Positions 29,659 to 40,504 are shown, counted from the stretch's first letter. The stretch: DNA of 64,000 nt from Balneolaceae bacterium (GCA_007693295.1 REDT01000264.1:146-64145), one strand, 5' to 3'. Notes: generated by a model from the sequence alone, not told the origin. Translations and numbers: made by a program.

Positions 29659-32600
29659 TTACATATTTCGCCGATACTGCCCGCCTACCTGATAAAGCGC
29701 ATGTGATATCTGACCCAATGAAGATACTTTTACAGTCTCCATTAACTCCTCAAACAGATTACCATTCTTTCTGGCAGTCTCTTTAAGCTTCTCAATCGCC
29801 TTTTTGGAAGCTTCTTCATTAATTTTTTGAAAAGCATTCAGGTTCTTAATCTGCTGCAGTTTTTCATCCTCTGTAGATCGAATCAATTCAATCTCCCGCT
29901 CGTCCTCTTCAGTTTTTATATCGCTTTTAAACGTATTCACGCCAATAATGGGAAGTTCACCGGAATGCTTAAGCGATTCATAATGAAGGCTCTCTTCCTG
30001 AATTTTACCACGCTGGTACATGCTCTCCATCGCTCCGAGAACGCCGCCTCTTTCGGTGAGGCGATCAAATTCGAGCAGAATAGCCTCTTCTACCAAATCA
30101 GTTAACTCTTCAATAATAAACGAACCCTGAAGCGGATTCTCATTCTTGGTCAAGCCCATCTCTTTGTTGATAATAAGCTGTATTGCCAGGGCACGCCTTA
30201 CTGACGCTTCCGTTGGAGTGGTAATGGCCTCGTCGTAAGCATTGGTGTGAAGAGAGTTACAGTTGTCATATACGGCCATCAGGGCCTGAAGTGTTGTCCT
30301 GATATCATTAAACTGAATCTCCTGCGCATGAAGCGACCTGCCGCTTGTTTGAATATGATATTTCAGCTTTTGGGATCTCTCGTTGGCTGAGTACCTGTGT
30401 TTCATCGCTATGGCCCAGATTCTTCGTGCTACACGCCCAATCACCGCATACTCAGGGTCTAAGCCGTTGCTGAAGAAGAACGAGAGGTTGTGGGCGAAAT
30501 CATCAACAGTTAAGCCTCTTGACAGATAGTACTCCACGAAAGTAAATCCATTAGACAGGGTAAATGCAGCCTGGGTTATCGGGTTAGCACCCGCCTCAGC
30601 TATATGATATCCTGATATAGAAACAGAGTAGTAATTTCTCACCTCATGCTCGGTGAAATAGGTTTGGATATCCCCCATCATTTTAAGGGCAAACTCTGTT
30701 GAAAATATGCACGTGTTCTGGGCCTGATCCTCTTTTAGAATATCGGCCTGAACCGTGCCCCGTACGATTTTCAGGGTGTCTTCCTTAATTTTTTCATAGG
30801 TATCCTTATCAACAAGAAGATCACCGCTAATACCGAGTGTACCCAAACCAAACTGATTGTTTGTGGGAGGCAGTTCCATCTCATATTTCGGCCTCGAAGT
30901 CTTCTTCTCTTTAAAAATGGATTCGATTTTTTTGGAAGCTTCATCCCATTTACCACTCTTTTTTAGGTAGCGCTCAACCTCCTGATCTATGGCCGTATTC
31001 ATGTACATGGCCAAAATCATGGGTGCAGGCCCATTAATCGTCATCGACACCGAAGTTGTTGGCGATGTGAGCTCGAAACCTGAATAGAGTTTCTTCATAT
31101 CGTCGAGGGTGCAAATACTTACTCCGGAATTCCCGATTTTCCCGTAAATATCCGGCCTGTGATCGGGATCTTCTCCATAAAGGGTTACCGAATCAAAAGC
31201 GGTCGATAGCCGTGCTGCCGGCATTCCCTCACTTACATAGTGAAAACGCCGGTTGGTCCGTTCCGGGGTACCTTCACCTGCAAACATCCGCGTGGGATCT
31301 TCTCCCTCACGCTTAAATGGGAATACTCCGGCTGTGTAGGGAAAATAACCCGGCAGGTTCTCCTTTAATGCAAATTTCAGCCGGTCACCCAGGCTTTTTG
31401 TAGTCGGCAGTGAAATTCTCGGTATTTTAGTACCGCTCAGCGACTCCCGGTACAACTCATTCTTTATTACCTTGTCCCTGATTTTTACGTCAAAGGTCTC
31501 CTGCCGGTACTTCTGGTAGAGTTGATCCCAATTTTCAAGGATTTTGGAAGGCAACGGGTCCAGTTTAACCGACCAGTGCTGCTCCATCTCTTCGAGCCTG
31601 GAGATAATGAGTTGATCATCTTCCGGCTTCCAGTTTTTCACCTGGCCAATAGTGCCGCGTACATGGTCCAGTTTTGAGGCGATTTCCACCTGTTCTTCCA
31701 CCCATTTGTGATAGTCGTTAATGGCTTCAGCAATTTCAGAGAGATATCGCTGCCGTTTACCGGGTATCACAGCCTGGATATGCAGGTCTTCGGCCGGCTT
31801 GGAATTGGTATAGAGCTCTGTTTTCCAGTTCAGCGGAAATCGGTCGTTAATTTTGTCAACTATAGCTGAAAATAACCTGTGAACCCCTTCATCATTAAAC
31901 TGGGCCGCAATGGTGGGATAGACGGGCATGTTTACCGGTTTTTCATGCCACTCTCCCCTGTTTCTTTGAATTTGTTTCCGTATATCACGAAGAGCATCCA
32001 GAGATCCTTTCTTCTCAAACTTATTCAATACCACAAGGTCGGCAAGGTCGAGCATGTTGATCTTTTCCAGCTGTGTTGCAGCTCCATACTCATGCGTCAT
32101 CACATAGATCGGGATATCTGATATCTCAACAATCTCTGCGCCGCTTTGCCCAATACCGCTTGTTTCCACAATAATCAGATCAAATCCTGCAGTTTTATAG
32201 ATCTCTATCACACCCTGAACAGCATCACTGATTGATTTATTGGATGCACGGGTTGCCAAACTTCTCATGAATACACGGTCGGTATCAATGCTGTTCATCC
32301 GAATACGATCACCCAGCAGCGCTCCACCGGTTCTTATTTTTGATGGATCAATCGATACTACACCAATGGTTAATTCTTTAAATTCTGTAATGAAACGCCG
32401 AATGATTTCGTCGGTGAGTGAACTCTTCCCGGCTCCGCCTGTGCCTGTAATTCCCAATACCGGGATTGAAGCAGCTTTTCCTGAGGTTAGTTTCTTCTTT
32501 TTATTGATTACTAAATCATTTCCGTCAAATTTCAGATACTCTTCCAGTCCGTTTTCAAGGGCTGTAATTCCACGGGATATGGAGTTGGTTACGCGATTGG

Positions 32601-33138
32601 TAATCTCTTGCGGATCGGCCGGTGCAATTTTAACGGTATCAAAATCACATCTTTCCAACATGTGATTGATCATGCCCTGAAGGCCCATTTTACTGCCATC
32701 CTCGACCGAGAATATTCGCTCTACTCCATAGGCATGAAGTTCAGAAATCTCTCTTCCCACTATGACTCCGCCCCCGCCGCCAAACACTTTAATATGTGAT
32801 GCATTCTTCTCTTTAAGCAGGTCAACCATATATTTAAAATACTCCATATGGCCGCCCTGGTACGAGCTGATGGCTATACCCTGTGCGTCTTCCTGAATAG
32901 CACAGTTCACAATTTCATGAACCGACCGGTTATGCCCCAAATGGATCACTTCTGCACCGGTGCCCTGCAGAATACGCCGCATTATGTTGATGCTGGCATC
33001 GTGCCCGTCAAAAAGACTTGCGGCGGTAACAAATCGAATTTTGTTTTTTGGGGAGTACTTTTTTATGGGTTCATACCCGTTAGTAGAAACGGATTTTTTT
33101 TTGGTCGAACTTGTAGATTTAACTGATCCTTCAGACAT
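29659..33138 (-). CDS. icmF: Fused isobutyryl-CoA mutase (B12 domain + MeaB-like GTPase + mutase barrel)
   Basis: The 1159-aa ORF has an N-terminal cobalamin-binding motif [12 protein letters not shown] and a central G3E P-loop [13 protein letters not shown]. The C-terminal region is a methylmalonyl-CoA-mutase-like substrate domain. Confidence 0.88.
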   Translation of the reverse strand: MSEGSVKSTSSTKKKSVSTNGYEPIKKYSPKNKIRFVTAASLFDGHDASINIMRRILQGTGAEVIHLGHNRSVHEIVNCAIQEDAQGIAISSYQGGHMEYFKYMVDLLKEKNASHIKVFGGGGGVIVGREISELHAYGVERIFSVEDGSKMGLQGMINHMLERCDFDTVKIAPADPQEITNRVTNSISRGITALENGLEEYLKFDGNDLVINKKKKLTSGKAASIPVLGITGTGGAGKSSLTDEIIRRFITEFKELTIGVVSIDPSKIRTGGALLGDRIRMNSIDTDRVFMRSLATRASNKSISDAVQGVIEIYKTAGFDLIIVETSGIGQSGAEIVEISDIPIYVMTHEYGAATQLEKINMLDLADLVVLNKFEKKGSLDALRDIRKQIQRNRGEWHEKPVNMPVYPTIAAQFNDEGVHRLFSAIVDKINDRFPLNWKTELYTNSKPAEDLHIQAVIPGKRQRYLSEIAEAINDYHKWVEEQVEIASKLDHVRGTIGQVKNWKPEDDQLIISRLEEMEQHWSVKLDPLPSKILENWDQLYQKYRQETFDVKIRDKVIKNELYRESLSGTKIPRISLPTTKSLGDRLKFALKENLPGYFPYTAGVFPFKREGEDPTRMFAGEGTPERTNRRFHYVSEGMPAARLSTAFDSVTLYGEDPDHRPDIYGKIGNSGVSICTLDDMKKLYSGFELTSPTTSVSMTINGPAPMILAMYMNTAIDQEVERYLKKSGKWDEASKKIESIFKEKKTSRPKYEMELPPTNNQFGLGTLGISGDLLVDKDTYEKIKEDTLKIVRGTVQADILKEDQAQNTCIFSTEFALKMMGDIQTYFTEHEVRNYYSVSISGYHIAEAGANPITQAAFTLSNGFTFVEYYLSRGLTVDDFAHNLSFFFSNGLDPEYAVIGRVARRIWAIAMKHRYSANERSQKLKYHIQTSGRSLHAQEIQFNDIRTTLQALMAVYDNCNSLHTNAYDEAITTPTEASVRRALAIQLIINKEMGLTKNENPLQGSFIIEELTDLVEEAILLEFDRLTERGGVLGAMESMYQRGKIQEESLHYESLKHSGELPIIGVNTFKSDIKTEEDEREIELIRSTEDEKLQQIKNLNAFQKINEEASKKAIEKLKETARKNGNLFEELMETVKVSSLGQISHALYQVGGQYRRNM

Positions 33139-33241
33139 AAATTGATTTCAATATTTAACCGTGGAAGCGTTACCAAAAAGATAACGATTCTCAGAGAAAA
33201 ACTGTTATCTGAACGAGTTTTTATTGGTTTCTTTACAGGTT

Positions 33242-34114
33242 TTAAGCGTCTCCTTCCTTATGCGGTTGCAGGTAACTAACTGTTCTTTGAGGGAATGGAA
33301 TAACGATTCCTTCTTTGTCAAAACGCTTTTTTATGCTCTCTGTGGTGTCGCACTGAAGTACAAAAGCATCCGGAGCATCCTTTGCCCATGCCCAACCCCT
33401 GATCATAACGGATGAATCGAGCAGACTTAATACCCTGACCATTACTCTCGGCGCGCCATTCTCAATATCCTCTTCAGAGCGTGTATCAAGGCAAAGGGGA
33501 TGCTTTGCGATCTCATCGGCAATTATCGACTTGGCAAGATCTATATCAGAACCGTAACTGATACCCACCTCGATAAACCGGCAGATTTTGGTATCGCTGT
33601 AGTTTGAATTGATCAACACCTCGTTACTGATTACAGAATTGGGAATGATAATTCGTTGATTTTCAAAGTTCCTTATCACAGTATGCCGCAGGCTTATATC
33701 TTCTACAACACCTCGTAAATCTCCCCTCAACGAAATCCGGTCGTTGAGTACATAGGGTTTATATATCACAATAAATATACCACTGATTATATTTCCAAGG
33801 GCCTGCTGAGAGGCAAAACCAATAGCTATTGCCAGGATACCCGCACCGGCAACCAGTGACTGGGCAATGGGTTTTAAAAATTCAATGTGCCATATGGCGA
33901 AACTAAAACCGACCAGATAGATAATTGACGCAAGTGAATGCTCTATAAACTTATAGTTTGTCAGGTCACTTGCACTTATATCACTATTGCCATGGATAAA
34001 CTTCTTGTAGAGCTTTTTGGCAATTCTGTTGACAATAATTGTTAAAATAATGATCAGTATCACTTTAATTGCAGTGTGATACTGATAAAGCATTTCCAAA
34101 ATTGATTCAATCAT
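33242..34114 (-). CDS. Small-conductance mechanosensitive channel (MscS family)
   Basis: The 290-aa ORF has 3 N-terminal TM segments. A pore-helix region (..LAIAIGFASQQALGNIISGIFIVIYKPY..GD) follows, and then a beta domain. Confidence 0.88.
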   Translation of the reverse strand: MIESILEMLYQYHTAIKVILIIILTIIVNRIAKKLYKKFIHGNSDISASDLTNYKFIEHSLASIIYLVGFSFAIWHIEFLKPIAQSLVAGAGILAIAIGFASQQALGNIISGIFIVIYKPYVLNDRISLRGDLRGVVEDISLRHTVIRNFENQRIIIPNSVISNEVLINSNYSDTKICRFIEVGISYGSDIDLAKSIIADEIAKHPLCLDTRSEEDIENGAPRVMVRVLSLLDSSVMIRGWAWAKDAPDAFVLQCDTTESIKKRFDKEGIVIPFPQRTVSYLQPHKEGDA

Positions 34115-35816
34115 TAGTTTCTTCTTCTATTTCCGGATCATCAATTAAAGGTTCACCTTCTACTTCAACTATCTCAATTTTTGCGGGAAACTCGAGAGTC
34201 ACTTCAGAGGTAAAACCTTCCCGTACAGGTATAGATCTGCGTATTGCGTAAGGCTCCGGTTTAATAAACGGATCTACTGATCCCGCATCCCATCTGCCAT
34301 TACCATTTACATCTTCAAATACAATAGCCTTGTATTCAAGAGGCGGTAAATTGTCGATGGTAATAGATTCAGTAAAAGTTGTATCAACCAGGATACTGTT
34401 ATCCCTATCTGTGAGTTGAAGATACTTCGTTATTTCAGGATCTCCATTTTCAACGTCAATTTCTATACTTCCCAATTGGTTGCGCTGCCAAAAATCGGGG
34501 TTAATTCGTTCATGTTCCGATTCCCAAGGGTTCCAAACCCTGAATTCGTATCTGAGTCCGCTCTGCCAGACTTCATCTTGTGGTGAAATACGCAAGATAT
34601 GCCTGTCAATTTCTGCATTCTGCCAATCAGCAAACATCTGATCCCCCTCAAACACAAGCAGTGAATCGATAACTGCATTGTCATCGATAAACTTTGAATA
34701 TTTCACTTCCAACGGCTCATCCGGAAAGAGACCGCTTCCTGTATTGTGAGAAATGGTTCTAAGGCCGGTCGTGTCAGGTTCAGAAGAACCGGTAAAAGGT
34801 GAGAAATCAACGGTTAACCTGTTTCCTGCCGCATCAGAAAAACCTCTTGGTTCCAGCGTATAGATGAGTGTATCGGTAAGGGCATTGTCAGTCTGGGCAA
34901 ATAATACATTCGGGTCAGACTCCGACATATAAAGCGGCCAAGCTGTTGTCTGCTCGTTGCCCAGGGTGTCGGTAACCGAAAAGTTAGCTCCGTGGTCCCA
35001 TTTAACAGTTTCCGACATACGCAGCCGTAAACGTCTTTCCGACAAAAGCCCCACTCCTTCAATTCTGGGTGCAATTGTATCCGGTATTGTGTAAAAGAGT
35101 GTACCCAGTTCAGCGCGCTCTCCCCTGCCCAGTTCAAACGACTCAACACTAAAGGGTTGTGCTCTCTCTCTTTCAGGCTCCCAAATTCGGTTTCGGTTTA
35201 TATCATTCACCCAAATAGCTCTGTATGTTCCCTCACTAAGGTAACCGAATTCAACCGTACCTGAAGTGTCTGTCTGTGCCACATAGTTTGCTCTTTCGGA
35301 AAAATCGAAGGGTTCACGGTACAGGAATATGCGCTTGCCGCTTTCAGGTCTGCCTGTTTTCGCATCCAGTAACCTGGCAGTAACCTCTCCGTCGTCAAGA
35401 ACATCACCTGTTGATAATGCTAAATCGTAAGAGCTGGTCATCTTATTTCTGTTTGTATCCCTTACATCAACCCCAACCTTAATCACAACGGTTGTATTTT
35501 CAGGAAGCGGCCTGGAAAATTCCACGGTAGCCGTTCTTCGTCGAAATCCGGTTTCAAACTCAATTCCAAGATCCGGTTCTATACTTACATTCTGCCTGAA
35601 TGAATTTCGGTCAATAAATTCATTGAATGTAAACCGAACTTCACGTCCGTCAAAGTTGGTTGTCCCGCTGGCTGGATAGGTCTCAACCACCCATGGCCCT
35701 TCCGTGTCGGGAGGACCGCCTGAAGGTGCTATCGGTGTTGCGCAACTCATTGCAAATAGGGTAACCATGGCAACAAGCAGCAAGAATTTTTCTGATAAAC
35801 GAAAGTACATGTGCAA
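34107..35816 (-). CDS. Ig-like (SbsA/Big_5-like) domain lipoprotein
   Basis: The 569-aa ORF has the lipobox FAMSC, then ..GPPDTEGPWVVETYPASGTTNF.GREVRFTFNEFI.., typical of N-terminal SbsA-type Ig domains. Its stop overlaps the MscS start by 8 nt. Confidence 0.65.
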   Translation of the reverse strand: MHMYFRLSEKFLLLVAMVTLFAMSCATPIAPSGGPPDTEGPWVVETYPASGTTNFDGREVRFTFNEFIDRNSFRQNVSIEPDLGIEFETGFRRRTATVEFSRPLPENTTVVIKVGVDVRDTNRNKMTSSYDLALSTGDVLDDGEVTARLLDAKTGRPESGKRIFLYREPFDFSERANYVAQTDTSGTVEFGYLSEGTYRAIWVNDINRNRIWEPERERAQPFSVESFELGRGERAELGTLFYTIPDTIAPRIEGVGLLSERRLRLRMSETVKWDHGANFSVTDTLGNEQTTAWPLYMSESDPNVLFAQTDNALTDTLIYTLEPRGFSDAAGNRLTVDFSPFTGSSEPDTTGLRTISHNTGSGLFPDEPLEVKYSKFIDDNAVIDSLLVFEGDQMFADWQNAEIDRHILRISPQDEVWQSGLRYEFRVWNPWESEHERINPDFWQRNQLGSIEIDVENGDPEITKYLQLTDRDNSILVDTTFTESITIDNLPPLEYKAIVFEDVNGNGRWDAGSVDPFIKPEPYAIRRSIPVREGFTSEVTLEFPAKIEIVEVEGEPLIDDPEIEEETND

Positions 35817-36014
35817 TTTTAAATAAATGATCTCAAATATAGAGAAATTTCAGTCGCTTCTTTAACGTCCTTTTTTGAAAATAGTACCTCTTTTCACTTT
35901 CATTAAGTTTATATTTTTACCTGGCAATGAATTACTGATGTCTGTGTGAATCAAATTTTATCGATAGCACAGCCTTTGTTATTTTAAACATATTAAACAG
36001 ACCCTGATTTATTA

Positions 36015-37421
36015 ATGTATATAGACAACCCGGCCTCTTACACCGACTACTACGAATTAACCATGGCGCAGGGTTATTTCCTGTCGGGAAGGCATAAGAA
36101 AACGGCAACATTCGACTACTTTTTCAGAAGAATTCCATTTAATGGAGGGTATGTAGTTTATGCCGGCATTCAAGAGCTAATCGAAACCGTTAAACACCTA
36201 ACGTTCAGTGAGTCAGAAACTGATTATTTAAAAAAAGAGGGTTTCGACAAAAGGTTTATAGAGTATCTGGAGTCGTTTCAGTTTAAAGGGAATATCTATT
36301 CGGCACGCGAAGGTGAGATTATTTTTCCAAATGAACCCATTCTTCGGGTTGAAGGAGATCTGCTTGAGACTCAGCTCATTGAAACACTGCTGCTCAATAT
36401 TTTAAACTTTCAATCGCTTATTGCCACAAAAGCCTCTCGAATTAAAGTAGCTGCCGGGGAAAATTCCGTAGTTTTAGACTTTGGCTTAAGGCGCTCTCAG
36501 GGGCTGGGCGGAATCCATGCTACAAGGGCTGCCATGATTGGCGGATTTGACGGCACATCCAATGTCTACTCTGCTCAACGGTTTTCAATTCCCGCCGGAG
36601 GTACAATGGCGCACTCGTGGGTTCAGTCTTTTGAGAATGAACTTACCGCATTCAGAACATACGCAGAACATTATCCGGATAATACAATCTTGTTGGTTGA
36701 TACGTATGATACGCTGGGAAGCGGCCTGCCTAATGCCATTACCGTGGCTAAAGAACTTAAAGATAAAGGCCATCAGTTAAGTGCTATTCGGCTCGACAGC
36801 GGCGATCTGGCCTACTTTTCGCGAAAATCAAGGACAATTCTTGACGACGCCGGTTTTCCAAATGTTAAAATAGCGGCTTCCAATCAGCTCGATGAGCGTG
36901 TTATTACAAGTTTAAAAACTCAGGATGCCCCTATTGATATCTATGGTGTGGGTACCAGGCTCGTTACCGGCCATAACTCATCTGCTCTGGATGGCGTGTA
37001 TAAGCTCAGTTCTGTGGCCAATAAACCGAAAATGAAGATTTCAGAAAATATTGAAAAGATAACCCTCCCCGGCAAAAAGAAGATCTATCGCTATTTTAAC
37101 AACGACGGCACGTTTTATGGAGATGCCATACTTCTTGAAAATGAAAAATTACTCGAACGCATGCATAACCCGACCTTTCCGGCTCAAAAAAGCGATCTCA
37201 ATAGCCGCGAGTTTGAATCGTTGTTGATTCCTGTAGTATTGAATGGCGAGATATCAGAACCCCTGCAGTCTGTTAAAGAGATCGCTCAATTCAGTAAATC
37301 AAGGCTTAAAAGACTCCAGCGCGAGTATAAACGCCTCGACAATCCACATATTTACAAAGTGGGTATCAGTACTAAATTAATGGAAAGCAGAGACGTTTTA
37401 ATGAAATTAATAAAACCATAG
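36015..37421 (+). CDS. pncB: Nicotinate phosphoribosyltransferase
   Basis: The 468-aa ORF contains ..TDYYELTMAQGYF.., ..FGLRR.QG.. and ..GGTMAHSWVQSF.., as in NAPRTases. Confidence 0.9.
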   Translation: MYIDNPASYTDYYELTMAQGYFLSGRHKKTATFDYFFRRIPFNGGYVVYAGIQELIETVKHLTFSESETDYLKKEGFDKRFIEYLESFQFKGNIYSAREGEIIFPNEPILRVEGDLLETQLIETLLLNILNFQSLIATKASRIKVAAGENSVVLDFGLRRSQGLGGIHATRAAMIGGFDGTSNVYSAQRFSIPAGGTMAHSWVQSFENELTAFRTYAEHYPDNTILLVDTYDTLGSGLPNAITVAKELKDKGHQLSAIRLDSGDLAYFSRKSRTILDDAGFPNVKIAASNQLDERVITSLKTQDAPIDIYGVGTRLVTGHNSSALDGVYKLSSVANKPKMKISENIEKITLPGKKKIYRYFNNDGTFYGDAILLENEKLLERMHNPTFPAQKSDLNSREFESLLIPVVLNGEISEPLQSVKEIAQFSKSRLKRLQREYKRLDNPHIYKVGISTKLMESRDVLMKLIKP

Positions 37422-37432
37422 ATTACATAACC

Positions 37433-38047
37433 ATGAAAGCACTTTTAGTAGTAGATATTCAAAATGATTTCTGTCCCGGAGGAGCATTAGCCGTGCCCGA
37501 TGGCGATACCATTGTTCCCGTAGTGAATCGACTGATTAATCATTTCGACACGGTTATACAAACTCAGGACTGGCATCCAGCTGGGCATCACTCTTTTGCT
37601 TCATCTTATGGTGATAAAAATCCTTTTGATACGGTTGAACTTGAATACGGATCGCAGGTACTCTGGCCCGATCACTGCGTGCAAGGCACAAAGGGTGCAG
37701 AGTTTCATCCTGAGTTAAATACCCTGAAAAGCCAGGTAATTATTCGAAAGGGGTTTCGAAAAGGGATCGACTCCTACTCTACCTTTTTTGAGAACGATCA
37801 AAAAACGCCTACAGGCCTGAGCGGATATTTGAAAGAACGCCACATCAGTGACCTGTATACCGTAGGCCTGGCTACCGATTTTTGTGTGAAATGGTCTGTA
37901 CTGGATGGTATTGGTGAAGGTTTTACCATGCACATAATTGAAGATGCCGTTAAAGGCATCGACCTTGACGGTTCCCTCGATCAGGCCTGGATTGATATGA
38001 AGAAAAAAGGAGTAAACGTAATCCAATCCGGTGAAATCCTATCGTAA
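37433..38047 (+). CDS. pncA: Nicotinamidase/pyrazinamidase
   Basis: The 204-aa isochorismatase-fold ORF has VVDIQNDF, DWHP..H and the catalytic Cys in GLATDFCV. Confidence 0.92.
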   Translation: MKALLVVDIQNDFCPGGALAVPDGDTIVPVVNRLINHFDTVIQTQDWHPAGHHSFASSYGDKNPFDTVELEYGSQVLWPDHCVQGTKGAEFHPELNTLKSQVIIRKGFRKGIDSYSTFFENDQKTPTGLSGYLKERHISDLYTVGLATDFCVKWSVLDGIGEGFTMHIIEDAVKGIDLDGSLDQAWIDMKKKGVNVIQSGEILS

Positions 38048-38190
38048 GAGAAACCACGGAGTTTGATGCGATTATTATCGGAGCCGGCATAGCCGGCCTC
38101 TCCGCCGCAGATGCACTCATCCAAAAAGGATTCAAATGTGCCATAATTGACCGGGAAAATCCCGGGTCGGGCGCTTCCGGGGCACCATCT

Positions 38191-39144
38191 ATGCTGGTTA
38201 ATCCCGCAACCGGTCGCAGAGCAAAAATGAGCTGGCATGCAGAGGAAGCCCTGCACTCCGTTTCTGATCTCTTGCAAAGGGTTAAGGGATTTAGCGGAGA
38301 ATCATTTTATGAGAACAATGGTGTAGTACGCCCTGCTCTATATCCTGAAATCGGTTTTGATTTTAAACGCGCACCGGAAAAATACAACTGGCCTGAAGGA
38401 TGGATACAGTGGCTGGAACAGGAGGAGTTTACGAGCCGTTTTCCGTTTTTTGAAAATGCACATGGAGGGCTCATTATTGGCAAGGGAGCTACAGTAAAAG
38501 GCAGCCGATACATAAAGCTTCTTTCCCAATACTTAGAGGCCAATGGGTTGATAACCATTTACAATTCAAAAGCTGAATACTCTCAAACTGATTCTGGCTG
38601 GAAAATTATACTATCATCGGGAGAAACAGCGCAATCAGAATCAATTATCTGCGCAACCGGGAGTTCTCTGTTGAAGGATCCAAACTGGGATTTTCTGCCC
38701 ATGAACAGTATTAAAGGACAAACAGCTACTTTCCGATTTAATGAAAATGTACCGCTGAATAGTTCAGTTTCCAGTTTGGGGTATCTTGCATATACAAGCA
38801 GTTCACCTGATGAACTTGTTGTGGGAAGCACTTATGAGCATAATTTTGAAGATTTAGAACCCAATGAAAAAGGGTTGAACTATCTGAAGGATAAACTAAA
38901 CAGCAGCCTGCCGGGCTGGTCGGAAAAGATCATTGAGTCTGATCAGTGGGCGGGAGTCAGAGTCAGTTCTAAAGACAATATGCCGATCATTGGGAATCAT
39001 CCACATTTAAAAGGACTTTACGTCTTTGGTGCCCTTGGGTCGAAAGGTATGATACACGGCCGATATGTGGCACAGAAAATTGCAGATTATATTGCAGATG
39101 GCAAGCCCATAAACTCCGCTATTTCGATTAACCGATTTGTTTGA
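38191..39144 (+). CDS. FAD-dependent oxidoreductase (DAO family); true N-terminus lies upstream of this first ATG
   Basis: The ORF-track Met is at 38191. The same frame is open back to the TGA at 38032-38034, and it encodes a dinucleotide-binding fold EFDAIIIGAGIAGLSAADALIQKGFKCAIIDRE (38059-38157). No ATG, GTG or TTG is available in that extension. Confidence 0.75.
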   Translation: MLVNPATGRRAKMSWHAEEALHSVSDLLQRVKGFSGESFYENNGVVRPALYPEIGFDFKRAPEKYNWPEGWIQWLEQEEFTSRFPFFENAHGGLIIGKGATVKGSRYIKLLSQYLEANGLITIYNSKAEYSQTDSGWKIILSSGETAQSESIICATGSSLLKDPNWDFLPMNSIKGQTATFRFNENVPLNSSVSSLGYLAYTSSSPDELVVGSTYEHNFEDLEPNEKGLNYLKDKLNSSLPGWSEKIIESDQWAGVRVSSKDNMPIIGNHPHLKGLYVFGALGSKGMIHGRYVAQKIADYIADGKPINSAISINRFV

Positions 39145-39376
39145 ACCGAGGCTTGGTTTTAAAACAAGATGATTTATTTGAACAGATATGGTCCAACGAA
39201 ACCTGTAGAGATGAGATGGTTTTTCGAAAACCGGAAACATCAAATTCACAAAAAAGAGCTGTGCCTGAAGCACTCTAAGTAGCGCAACGGAACATCGCTG
39301 ATTTAATATCCTAAGTTTGATTGATATGCATTGAATGTAGCCCATTAAACCGCTATCTTCACGCCTTACTTTTAAT

Positions 39377-39464
39377 GGAGAGGTGCCAGAGTGGTCGAAT
39401 GGGCTCGCCTGGAAAGCGTGTGTACCCCACAAGGGTACCGAGGGTTCGAATCCCTCCCTCTCCG
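39377..39464 (+). tRNA. tRNA-Ser (anticodon GGA)
   Basis: This is a class II tRNA folded by hand. The acceptor is GGAGAGG/CCTCTCC and the anticodon loop is CTGGAAA. The long variable arm is GTACCC-caca-a-GGGTAC and the T arm is GAGGG-TTCGAAT-CCCTC. There is one U-U mismatch in the anticodon stem. It is 88 nt. Confidence 0.88.
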
Positions 39465-39481
39465 CAATTACCAATTCTTTT

Positions 39482-39513
39482 AGCCCCTTACAGAGATGTA
39501 TGGGGCTTTTTTT
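39482..39513 (+). terminator. Intrinsic terminator after tRNA-Ser
   Basis: The hairpin is AGCCCC-(14 nt)-GGGGCT, followed by T7. Confidence 0.75.
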
Positions 39514-39766
39514 ACGTCAGGGCTCACTTCCGTAGGGTTACAGATCTTTAAGTGTCAAGTGCAATTCAAGATCCAAGTGCAAAAAAAAATCTGAGAGTGA
39601 TGAGAGTGAAATCGCCTCTCGAAGGGGCTCAATTGTTGAATGCGTACCAAGCGATCCCATTCCAGAGCGTTCAGGACAGGAGAGCAGGGGGATAGCCCTC
39701 AGAGCGTTGATTTGACTCAAAATATTATTAGTCAACTTCGAATTCACTTCCTTTCATCCCCCATTG

Positions 39767-39795
39767 CCCTCCGTCGGCTGACGGAGGGACACTCC
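39767..39795. repeat. Family-A palindromic repeat copy (CCCTCCGTC-ggct-GACGGAGGG-ACACTCC)
   Basis: It has a perfect 9-bp stem. The upstream flank ATCCCCCATTGCCCTCCG matches ATCCCCCATTCCCCTCCG at 53935-53952. It lies about 30 nt downstream of the stop of the TonB-like gene (-). Confidence 0.7.
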
Positions 39796-39826
39796 TTAAT
39801 TATCTCAAATTTTGAACTCTCAATAA

Positions 39827-40504
39827 TTAGTAATTAAACCTTTGCCGGGTGAAGGCTTTTACCACTTCTCCATCCTGGCGAGCCGGCCGGAAGCGCCACT
39901 GCATCGCAGCTTTTAGCACGGCATCCATCAACCCATATTGTACAAATGGCAACACCTCATACCCTCCATTGGTGTTATAAAGCCTGATCTCCATAATACT
40001 CACCTCTTCTACGGCACCTTCTCTGTCCACCAGGAAGTTTACAATCATCTCCAATCGGCCTTTATATTCATCCGGCACCTGGTCGGGTGCGGTGGCCTCA
40101 ACAATTCTTACAACTGTTGGAGGTATCTGAGGATTACTAACAATACGCTCTTCATCCCCTATTTGAGCGGTTCCAAAGCCGGGATCAACATCCGGCAGAT
40201 CGGGTATATCAAGATCCATATCAAATTCAAGCTCAACTTCCACAATCTCATCATCCGGAACAGGATTTGGCATCATTGGACGCGGCGGCGGCGGCGGGGA
40301 GGTCTCCTGTCGGGTAATTTCAATATCATCCAGGAAAACCTGTTCTCTTTCAGGTATCTCAAAATCCAGCTCTGCACTATACTTTATTTCGGGCCAGAAA
40401 TGGATAAAAATCAGCAGAACAACCTGAGTAATTATCACAGAAAGCATATACCGGTGTCTATAGCCAGGTTCTGAAAGTTTATGATTTTTGCTTGAGTTTG
40501 CCAA
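39827..40504 (-). CDS. TonB-family energy transducer-like protein
   Basis: The 225-aa ORF has an N-terminal TM anchor and a Pro-rich spacer (SPPPPPRPMMPNPVPDD). Its C-terminal part resembles a TonB_C domain (..IVNFLVDREGAVEEV.. ..AMQWRFRPA..DG..V). Confidence 0.75.
   Translation of the reverse strand: MANSSKNHKLSEPGYRHRYMLSVIITQVVLLIFIHFWPEIKYSAELDFEIPEREQVFLDDIEITRQETSPPPPPRPMMPNPVPDDEIVEVELEFDMDLDIPDLPDVDPGFGTAQIGDEERIVSNPQIPPTVVRIVEATAPDQVPDEYKGRLEMIVNFLVDREGAVEEVSIMEIRLYNTNGGYEVLPFVQYGLMDAVLKAAMQWRFRPARQDGEVVKAFTRQRFNY

Noticed and set aside
29460-29786. 108-aa ORF in the convergent intergenic region, and similar ORFs at 4130..4345, 39538..39747 and 39640..39837
   Set aside because: They are made of repeat units (a periodic, low-complexity T/Q/R/N/A-rich translation). 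They have no start context and overlap hairpin arrays or the 3' end of icmF. I treat them as non-coding.
33139-33241. Cobalamin riboswitch upstream of the B12-dependent icmF
   Set aside because: The 103-nt spacer is AT-rich, has no B12-box-like GCCACTG/AGYCMGG core and is too short for the aptamer. B12 enzymes, unlike B12 transport or biosynthesis genes, are not usually riboswitch-controlled.
35817-36014. NAD-related riboswitch or structured leader upstream of pncB-pncA
   Set aside because: The region is AT-rich with no conserved-looking paired elements. I could find no stable stems and no similarity to motifs I know.
39007-39474. 155-aa minus-strand ORF
   Set aside because: It overlaps the 3' end of the FAD oxidoreductase gene and runs antisense through the whole tRNA-Ser gene. 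It is a typical artefact.
39377-39826. Integrated mobile element at tRNA-Ser
   Set aside because: The window contains no integrase or transposase, and downstream there is no direct repeat of the tRNA 3' end. The next gene is an ordinary TonB-like gene about 360 nt away.
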